The notes under the pieces are model-generated. The model worked only from the letters and a program-made list of their open reading frames with translations. It had not been told where the DNA came from and made no database searches. This document shows positions 55,073-64,000 of a stretch of DNA of 64,000 nt, piece by piece (position 1 is the stretch's first letter; every line of letters begins with the position of its first letter). The DNA is from Parasitella parasitica NRRL 2501 (taxonomy: Eukaryota; Fungi; Mucoromycota), in the NCBI GenBank assembly GCA_025201805.1, contig MU619360.1, forward strand, positions 1-64,000. The letters run 5' to 3'. The position numbers were made by a program, and so were the translations under genes.

Positions 55073-56725
55073 ATGTCTCACGAAAATTGCTTACAATGCG
55101 AAGAAAAAGTTTCTTCCAATAAACACAAATATGAATACCATATCCAGACGATAGACGTACAAGTAGGAAAAGATATGCAAATATTAAAGTCTTATGAAAT
55201 GTGTGCTAAATTCTTCAGTAGAGACTATCATTTGCGTTAGAAACGAGAATGGTGAATTCATTTGCCCATTATGTTCGCGTCTTTACGTTACTGCTTCGTC
55301 AATCAGTAAGCATCTCCGAAATATACCCAACAAGGGAGAGGAGCTCTCTTTGACAGTAGTACCACGTTCATCAAAACCTGTAATTGCTGAAAAGCAGATT
55401 GAAGTAACCAGCCCAATATTCCGTAATAATAACAATGCAATTTTAAATGCAAGTGGGTTAATACACCGAAGCCGTCATGAACAAGTATCGTCTTTGAAAA
55501 TAATAAGGGCTTTAGATTTGGAGCCTTTTACATTTGTTGATTCAAATAACAACGAAGAAAATGCACTGGCGCATAAAGATGTTATTAACAAGATTATAGG
55601 AATGAAACGACCACCACAGATCTAACATTGTTCACCAGTCAAAAGAAAATGCGAGTGTCTGGGAGAAAGCAGTAATAATTGTCAAGTTTTAGGAAGTATT
55701 AGCCTTCAAAACATAATCGCAAGTAGTTACATGCTAAATATTTGAATGAAAAAAAATATTTCGAGATGGACGACGATACATGCAAATTACTAAATAACGA
55801 CTGGGCTTTTCGGCCTCAAATGCGATTTTTCTGCACCCGTGTTCTTTCAGGGGCTATACTGGTCAATAGAATGACTGGTGAAACACTCCTTATTAACACA
55901 ATTGAAGTATATGGACGTTTTAGAACGATCGACAGTCATTATGAAAGATTTAACATAAAAAAAAATACTTCCACCAAATTCTTTACCACCAAACAATGCT
56001 AGATACAAAAACCTTTGTTTAAAGGCAGTAAGAGATCCGGATGGCGTAAAACTGCTGGTGGGAACGAAAGTATTTAATGGTTTAGTAACTTCGAGCACAA
56101 GAATTGACAGAGACCTACTTCCGGAAGTAGGGCCAACAACATCAAACTTTGTATTAAACGGAGAAGATGCTGGGATGATTGAAATATACATTGACAAAAC
56201 AGCATGGTACGATGCAAAAAAAATTGGCAGAAGACGAATTAGCGCAAGAAGTTTATTCATTCAATATCCTTTACCAGTTGAGGCAACTTCGATCAAAATT
56301 TCATCACTATTCCATATATTTTAGCAGTAGAGGAAGCTCCACTGATACTAATGATCATATGATACAGCCTTACACAATATGGACATACTGCAACTTTGAT
56401 AGTCGAAATGATGAATATTCTGATGGAAGAATAGCCTCAAAACTAATTCATAACATTGCTATTCGAGTTATAAAATAACAGGAAGCAGCCACAGTTGAAG
56501 AAAAGATGATACGGAATCTTATTTCGCAATGTAAGGGTGAGAAAGTAAAAGAATGCATGGAGAATATACTTGATTTGTTTGATGAATCAAAACAAATCAA
56601 GATAATTGAAAACAAAGTATTAAATGATGAATTATGTAAACTTGCAGTTATTTTAAACCCTTAAATTGCAAATGCGAACAATAATGTGATGAAATCAATT
56701 TCGATTCCAATTAAAAGGACATAGG
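55073..56725 (+). pseudogene. Decayed double C2H2-like zinc-finger gene in the foldback spacer
   Basis: MSHENCLQC..HKYEYH and FICPLC..ISKHL, then a continuous protein-like sequence broken by in-frame stops (55623, 56476), frameshifts and an apparently mutated splice donor. Confidence 0.7.
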
Positions 56726-56952
56726 TTCAGTCAGTTACAAATATTTTAGTATGCCATTCCAGTGTAACAGGTATGTTGGTTAAATATCATTGCATCTATT
56801 TTTATTACTGCGTCCGTTTTTTCGAATAAAGTATCGAGTTTTAAACAATTCACCTATTTCTTTCACAAAATGCTTACAGATGTTGAATAAAGAAATAATA
56901 GACTTTTTACAATATTTTTGTTTGATGGGACGGACAAATGATGCCTCTTTAT

Positions 56953-58570
56953 ATTTTGGGCGGACGGATAGCCTGGATGGAAGGGCGCATTATACTGTCA
57001 TTTTGCAGTTTCTGGGAAAAAAAGTTCAAGTAAATGATACATATCACAGTGTTTGTGATAATATGTATTGGGGTTTCTGATAAAAGCTGAGAAGTTTCTG
57101 GGAGAAGATCCACACCTGTTTTATCGTTTTACTATGTAGAAAGGTATACTTGTGATACCAAAAATACTTACTTTATAGAGCTGTGTCATGCACTAGAATT
57201 GATATAGACTTGATATCATCTCCAAATAGATATTTTTTACAGCTTGAAAGCATAAAATTTAGCTTTGTGTACCATTTCTTGATTGATTTTCATAATCGAA
57301 AGTGTCTTGAAAACACCAGAAATAGTATCCATTGGGAAGAAGCTATATTATATATGATTTTGGTGCAATTTGAGCATGATTTTTTTTTCTATCCAAAATG
57401 ACGGATTTTTTCGATTTTTTCCTTGGTATCCACACATCTAAAATCGTCGATTATGCATTATCCTCGATTTTGACCCCAAAAATGCAACTTTTTACTATAG
57501 TATATATTAAAAGAAAATGATCGTGAAAGTCTATTCCTTGATCTCAAAGACTGGAAATGCGCTCTAATTAAGCAAAATGTTGACTTTTCTCTCTTGATCT
57601 GTTTTTGAGGTTTTCTCAACAGAAATAATTGCATAAGCATACCGGAATTATGAAATGATACCATCGTATAGAGCGCCCAAAAATACAGCTATTATCATAG
57701 ACTGACAGCAGTGGTATGCATAGTATCAGAAGATGATACCTTGCCTCAAAGGAGTAATTTTGTTTTCGAAATGTCCAAATTGAGTTTCTGAAAGAATTTC
57801 TCCTTCCTGTTTTTGGACGCGCTTAATCTCCGCTATCAGAGAAAAATGATGTTTTCTCTTTTGAAGAAAGCATCACCTTTGAGAAACCATAGCTTACTCA
57901 AATTAAGAGAAAAACAATTGAAAAATAGTATATTCAAATTGTGTGCTTCTTGGCTTTCTAATAATAGTGCTTTCATGTCTTTACCTGGCCTGACGATCTC
58001 ACGCTCCGATTTTGAAAAATATTTTTCCAAAAAAGTCGTTACCTTCATCTGATGTCAACTTGAAAAGTACAAAAATTTGCTCTAAGCTACGCAAATATGT
58101 TATCAAAAGATGTCTTATAGTCTAATTTATTACTTTTATTTATGTTTGAGATCATTAGATATTGTTTTCTTACAGTTTTTTGTCTTTTTTCTGACAAGAC
58201 ACNNNNNNNNNNNNNNNNNNNNNNNNNNNNNNNNNNNNNNNNNNNNNNNNNNNNNNNNNNNNNNNNNNNNNNNNNNNNNNNNNNNNNNNNNNNNNNNNNN
58301 NNNNNNNNNNNNNNNNNNNNNNNNNNNNNNNNNNNNNNNNNNNNNNNNNNNNNNNNNNNNNNNNNNNNNNNNNNNNNNNNNNNNNNNNNNNNNNNNNNNN
58401 NNNNNNNNNNNNNNNNNNNNNNNNNNNNNNNNNNNNNNNNNNNNNNNNNNNNNNNNNNNNNNNNNNNNNNNNNNNNNCTCTTCGTTCCTGAATCCAGTTA
58501 AAATTTTTTGATCCAAAGTCAACAGACATACTTACACCCAAAATTACAGATATATGTCAATAGACAACCG
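56953..58570 (-). repeat. Right inverted arm (contains 275-N gap at 58203-58477)
   Basis: Reverse complement of 53247-54889 on both sides of the gap. Confidence 0.9.
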
Positions 58571-58719
58571 TAACTTTGTTTGAAGAATACCTTGAACTTA
58601 AAGACATGATGTATTTCACAAAACATTCTCTTTGTATTTTCACTATGAATGAAATAAAGGAATTACTCCTTTTCTCTAAATATGAAACTCTCACTTAAAA
58701 TCTTTTTAGGGAGACATTT

Positions 58720-58857
58720 CTCTTCTCTTAGAAACTTCTTGGCTTTTATCAGAAATAGAAGATTTGTTATCAGAAACCCTACTATATATTATCACGAAAA
58801 CCGCGACATATATCATTTGCTTGAACTTTTTTTCAGAAACCATAAAAAGACTGTATT
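58720..58857 (+). repeat. Diverged third copy of the inner arm segment
   Basis: tcttctcttagaaacttc..ttatcagaaaccc..tatcatttgcttgaacttttttt..gactgta resembles 54734-54849 in direct orientation. Confidence 0.7.
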
Positions 58858-59097
58858 CAATAAGGGAGACCGAAAGAGACTACCTTTCATTCAGCAATGC
58901 AATGTTTGAATAAAGAGTCTTTGTGGCAGTAATCGTCTCCAATAATCATCTTCAGTGAGCGGTTGATTTGGTGGTTTCAAATATTTGGTAAAAAATTAAA
59001 GGCAATATAAATTATGACAAAAAAGATGCATAAAGAACAGTTTGTATTCTTTACACCTTTTTTTTTTCTTGAATATTTATTCATTAGAAATAGAGAA

Positions 59098-60540
59098 TTA
59101 GTATTCTTCGCCATCTTCAATTTCGGAATCACCCAAAGAATCAGAACCGACTTCCTCATAATCCTTCTCAAGGGCAGCTAAATCTTCACGAGCCTCGGAG
59201 AATTCACCTTCTTCCATACCTTCACCGACATACCAATGGACGAAAGCACGCTTGGCATACATCAAATCGAACTTGTGGTCAAGACGAGCCCAAGCCTCAG
59301 CGATAGCAGTGGTGTTAGACAGCATACACAAAGCACGTTGAACGGTAGCAAGATCACCGCCAGGGACAGAAGCAGGGGCACGGCAATTGATACCGACCTT
59401 GAAACCAGTAGGGCACCAATCAACAAATTGAATGGTACGCTTGGTCTTGATGGTAGAAATGGCGGCATTTGTGTCCTTGGGGACAACATCACCACGATAC
59501 AACAAACAACAAGACATGTACTTGCCAAGGCGGGGATCACACTTGACCATTTGGTTATTAGGTTCGAAACAGGCGTTGGTGATTTCTTGAACAGAGAGTT
59601 GTTCATGGGTAGCCTTTGCCTTGGAGATGATGGGGGCATAAGTGACCAAGGGGAAATGAATACGGGGGTAAGGAACCAAGTTGGTTTGGAATTCGTTCAA
59701 ATCAACGTTGAGAGAACCATCGAAACGCAGGGAAGCGGTGATGGAGGAGACAACTTGAGCAATCAAACGGTTAAGGTTGGTATAAGAAGGACGCTCAATG
59801 TCCAAGTTGCGACGACAGATATCGTAGATAGCTTCGTTATCAACCATGAAAGAGACATCAGAGTGTTCCAAAGTGGTATGAGTAGTCAAAATAGAGTTGT
59901 AGGGCTCAACAACAGAGGTAGCGACTTGGGGAGCAGGGTAGACAGAGAACTCGAGCTTGGACTTCTTACCGTAGTCGACAGAAAGGCGCTCCATCAAGAG
60001 GGCACCGAAACCAGAACCGGTACCACCACCAAACGAGTGGAAGACCAAAAAACCTTGAAGACCAGTACAGTTGTCGGCCAACTTGCGGATACGGTCTAAG
60101 ACAGAGTCAACGAGCTCCTTACCGACGGTATAATGACCACGAGCATAGTTGTTGGCAGCATCTTCCTTGCCAGTGATTAATTGCTCTATATTGCGGGTCA
60201 AGGAGTCAGCACATGTATGCGCATGCGAAATGCTACATTCTTATTTGTTTGTTTTAAAACAAACAAACATAAACTTACCAGGATGGAATAATTGGCGATA
60301 GGCGCCAGTGCGAACTTCATCAACAACAGTGGGCTCCAAATCAACCATGACGGTACGAGGCACATGCTTACCAGAGCTTGTTTCACTGAAGAAGGTATCG
60401 AAAGAGTTATCGCCAGTGTTTGCCTCATCGGGAATATGGCCATCGGGTTGAATACCGTGTTCAAGACAGTAAAGTTCCCAACAGGCGTTACCAATTTGGA
60501 CACCAGCTTGACCGACGTGGATAGAAATAACTTCTCTCAT
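59098..60540 (-). CDS. TUB1: Alpha-tubulin (2 exons)
   Basis: [33 protein letters not shown]-terminal GEEY. Confidence 0.98.
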
Positions 60541-60705
60541 TTTGATAATAGAATAGGGTGTTTAGAAAGTTGATTTATTCAAGAGTTAAGGGAGAATAAA
60601 CAACAGTTGTTTGGATAAAAAAGAAAAAAGAAGGGGACGAGGTGAGGAATCATGGTTTTTTATACTACACAGTTTAATACAACGCGCCAATCATTGCAAT
60701 GGGAA

Positions 60706-62380
60706 TCAATGAATAGCTGCTGCTAGATATTCATTCTCTTTAGATAGCAAGTTTAGCTCTGCCTTTAATGCAAGAGCAGGACCGTCCAGCTGATGCAGAC
60801 CAATGACGGAAGCTTGTTTATCTTCTGTATAATCCCTGCATTGAATCCAGCTCTGCTGTGGTGTTTCCATGTAAAATGAAATCTGTTGAGCTGATGCAAC
60901 ATTAATTTCCAACCTTGCCCAGCCAGGTCGGCTACTTAATGGCGATAGCTTTATAGATTGAACAAACTCTTGAGGAAACTCCATTTTGAACTTGGAAATA
61001 CCATCCTGGATGCACCAGCTAAAGAGCTTGGTTTCTTTGTCAAATTGGCAAGATAGATCGTTGGGTTCAAATGCCATTCGTTTCCAAGTTCCAATCTGCA
61101 GTGCTTCGGCAGAGATGCATTGTATATTAGAGGCGCTACTTGCGGTGGGGATATCAAAAGTGTTGCTGTTGTTATTAGTTGAGAGAATAGATGGCATAGT
61201 AGGCGTCATCATAAGAGAAGGGTCTTCATCTAGCATATGTATGTGTGAGTTGTGTGTTTATATTACAGTTAATTAACAACTTAAGCTTACAGAAAGGCAA
61301 GTCTGTCCACGCTAATTGCTGCTGCTGCTGGTCGTAAAGTGATAAATCTTGAACAGTCAGATTTGCAAATTGCTCATGTTGAGCTGGAGATAATGAGCTT
61401 GCGTTATTCATCATGGTTGTATAGTCGATATTTTCTATTACGTTACTAGTGTTTACATTAAATGGTATCATGGGGTTCTTATTAGATAGCTCGGCTGATG
61501 AACCGCGAAACTGTTTGTATGGTTGATGATAGAAGGTAGAGGTGTATGGACCGATAGTATGGGCTCTTGCTCTTTGCGGGTGCATTTCTCTCCTTGGCCA
61601 TTGGCTGTACGGATCAGAATTCAATGTGCCAGAAGGGCTAATGGACCCACCGTTCTCATCCAGTATGCCATAAGCGGAAGCAACAGAATGAGGCGGAGGC
61701 GGTGGAGGAGGAGGCATAGATTTTAAAGAGATAGGAGGGGGCGGCACTGAAGAAGATGAGGTGGAAGAGGAGGAGGAAGCATAGCGCTGATGTTGACGTT
61801 GCTGTTGTGCATATGGGTGATGCATGGTATGCTTTTGGCGTTGTTGCAGCTGCTGCTGCTGGTTATAATAATAGTAGTAATAGTAATAATACAAATCAGG
61901 GTTACTCTTAATGGGATCTTCCATGACTTGGCTGACATCTCCGCCCTCTTTCTGCCTCTGATGGTACACAGCAGCCTGACAGGCAGCTGCAGCCGCCGAA
62001 GAAGCATAGTACTGCATTCTCAGTGTCTCATCGTGCAACATGCTTGACTTTTTCGCTACATTTTTGACTTTGGCTCTTCTGTTTTGGAACCAAATTTGAA
62101 TGGATCTTTCAGTCATGCCAAGCTCGCGAGATAATTGCTCTCTGACACGGTTATTTGGACTGGGATGTACATTAAATGTCTTTTCTAAAACAGCAAGTTG
62201 TTCAGGTGTAGCACGGGTTCGTTTACGCGGCGCATTGTTAGAATTCGTACTTGAAGCTTTATCTTTGGCTGTCGTATTTTGTTGTGATGGTGGCAGTGGC
62301 GGTGGTGGCAAAGGCATCGTTGCGTATTGCTGCTGTAATGAATGTATTGACGCGGGTGAAGATGAGGTGGGGTTATCCAT
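60706..62380 (-). CDS. Homeodomain transcription factor with a HOY1/Pah1-type C-terminal PH-like domain (2 exons)
   Basis: RKRTRATPEQLAVLE..IQIWFQNRRAKVK and C-terminal LQIGTWKRM..FKMEFP..WIQCRDYTE. Confidence 0.9.
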
Positions 62381-63266
62381 TACTATGGAGAGATACGAAA
62401 AGAAAAAAAAAGGGGGGGGGGGAGAGAAACAGTGGAAAGAAAGAGAGCCAACAAAGATTTAATAAAGAACTTTTAGTACAAAGTTTTATTGTGTGCTTTT
62501 GAAATATCCATCTCATAAACCTTGCGTACTTGATTTTTAATTGACAGGCTACCGAATTTGAGTTTTATTCCGCACTCTTTTGTAACAAAGGAAAGTTACA
62601 ACCGCTGTGATAATAGCACAATACCACGCTATTTAATATATTGGCAATTCTAGAACGTTATAACTATCAGTGATTTCAATTGGCATGGTTTTATACATGT
62701 GCCTTAACACATTTGACAACATTTTAGGATTGAGCATATCGGAGGTTTAATGTATTGTGGTAAAACCTAGTAGGCCTGGCTTTTTGCCTTCAAATTTTTG
62801 TTACACGTATTGTAAACCAAGCTTAACGGGTACACGTGCTATACTTGATATATACAAGCACCTTTTTTTTTGTAATAAATCTTTTATTACAATCAAGATA
62901 TGAGAATGGCCTGATATTTGTCTCGACCTGTTAAATTGAATTATTAGAGAACTTCCACATTACATGTTTTGAGAAATCCCCAATTATTAATAAACACAAG
63001 AAATATATTTTAATAGAACACAAATTTAATTTCATATAATATATTCAAGGAGAAGGAATAGATTAAAAAAAAAAAATTGAGCAAGAACATAGAAAAACAC
63101 ATGAGTCGTTCTTTTCGTTGGAAACTTGTGTCTTATACATCACCATAAACCAGCTGCTGCTACCATGGTTTATGTTGAGAAAGTTTAGGGGAGAGGAGGG
63201 GAGAGGAGGGGTATCAAGTCAGCTCTAGTATAAGACATTACAATTATTATATTGCGGATCAATTTT

Positions 63267-64000
63267 TTAAGCTGCGTAATCAGGTGGGGGGATCGACGGT
63301 ATACGATCCAAGAGAGGCATGGCCGGTGCTGATTCAGTTGGTAAATACAAGGCTTGAGATGCTAATTCCATCTCCCTACAAAAGGCATGATAGCAAGCGC
63401 ACAAATAAGGATGAGGTTGGTTAGGCTTGTCCATAGTCGTCATTGTCGATTGAGCTTTGTATTTTGATTTTTTACCACTCGGGTTGTTGATAGCTAGAGA
63501 TGGCTTTACCCCTAATTCATGATAGGAGGGTAATCTACCGTAATCTTCTTTTAATCTGCAATCAAACACTGTAATAGGTGAATCCAATGTAATCGTCTCT
63601 CTGTTCCTGCCATCTTGAATATCTTGATGTGCCTTGGCCTTGTTCAGTCTAGATAGGACATTGGACCAACTTGCGCTATTCTGCTGCTGTGATTGTGGAG
63701 AATTGGTCGCAGTCAATGGTGGTGTGCTCGGTAAACTGGAGCTATTACTGTTATTGTTGGCACTAGTGGTCGTCGGTGGTCTGCTCGATTGTGGAAGCGG
63801 TATTGAGGCGCCGACGCCTCGGGAGCTGTTGTGATGGTGATTATTTGCAAAATGAGCTGCTGGCGGTGGAGTAAGGGTACCCGTGGCTACTGCAGGTTCG
63901 GGTACTGCCATAGGCTCTTCAAAGCTAACTTGGCTGCTGCTTCTACTGAGAAATTGTCGATTCCCGTCGATATCCAAGTAGGACAATGTCAAATTGATCT
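63267..64000 (-). CDS. 3' part of a probable arrestin-related adaptor with PY motifs (continues beyond the window)
   Basis: Open frame to the window edge; ITLDSPITVFDCR, LPSY and terminal PPPDY. Confidence 0.55.
   Translation of the reverse strand, partial: INLTLSYLDIDGNRQFLSRSSSQVSFEEPMAVPEPAVATGTLTPPPAAHFANNHHHNSSRGVGASIPLPQSSRPPTTTSANNNSNSSSLPSTPPLTATNSPQSQQQNSASWSNVLSRLNKAKAHQDIQDGRNRETITLDSPITVFDCRLKEDYGRLPSYHELGVKPSLAINNPSGKKSKYKAQSTMTTMDKPNQPHPYLCACYHAFCREMELASQALYLPTESAPAMPLLDRIPSIPPPDYAA

Larger units (their letters stand above)
53247..58570. mobile_element. 5.3-kb TA-flanked foldback element with ~1.64-kb inverted arms
   Basis: Ends read TA|CGGTTGTCTATTGACA ... TGTCAATAGACAACCG|TA. 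Mirrored ORFs (53790-54029 with 57813-58052; 54441-54659 with 57183-57401) have identical translations. Confidence 0.85.

Noticed and set aside
58110-58541. ORFs containing long X runs
   Set aside because: Artefacts of the N gap.
59236-60099. 287-aa plus-strand ORF
   Set aside because: Antisense shadow of alpha-tubulin.

Overview
Eukaryotic, intron-rich, AT-rich DNA that looks like a Mucorales (Mucoromycota) fungal draft assembly, judged from short GT-AG introns, the gene set, and N gaps next to poly-A runs. About 22 protein-coding genes are supportable: Y14/RBM8A, two arrestin-like adaptors, an RNF126-like RING ligase, gamma-secretase APH-1, a Mei2-like RRM protein, Mediator MED13, IDH2, ARG1, a cytochrome P450, a Pcl-type cyclin, RRS1, an intronless nucleoside-hydrolase-like gene, VMA2, a hot-dog thioesterase, a GT15 mannosyltransferase, alpha-tubulin, a homeodomain factor and several orphans. 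Decayed mobile DNA is interspersed: MULE, Tc1/IS630, LINE and a Fanzor/TnpB-like relic. Two features stand out. (1) A spliced ~503-aa gene (44364-46051, minus) encodes a Tau/MAP2/MAP4-type protein with eight KVGS..N..H.PGGG microtubule-binding repeats plus the tau R' tail; this family is usually described as animal-specific. (2) A 5.3-kb TA-flanked foldback element (53247-58570) has ~1.64-kb inverted arms enclosing a decayed double zinc-finger gene and no recognisable transposase. All exon boundaries and family calls were read by eye; no database searches were run.
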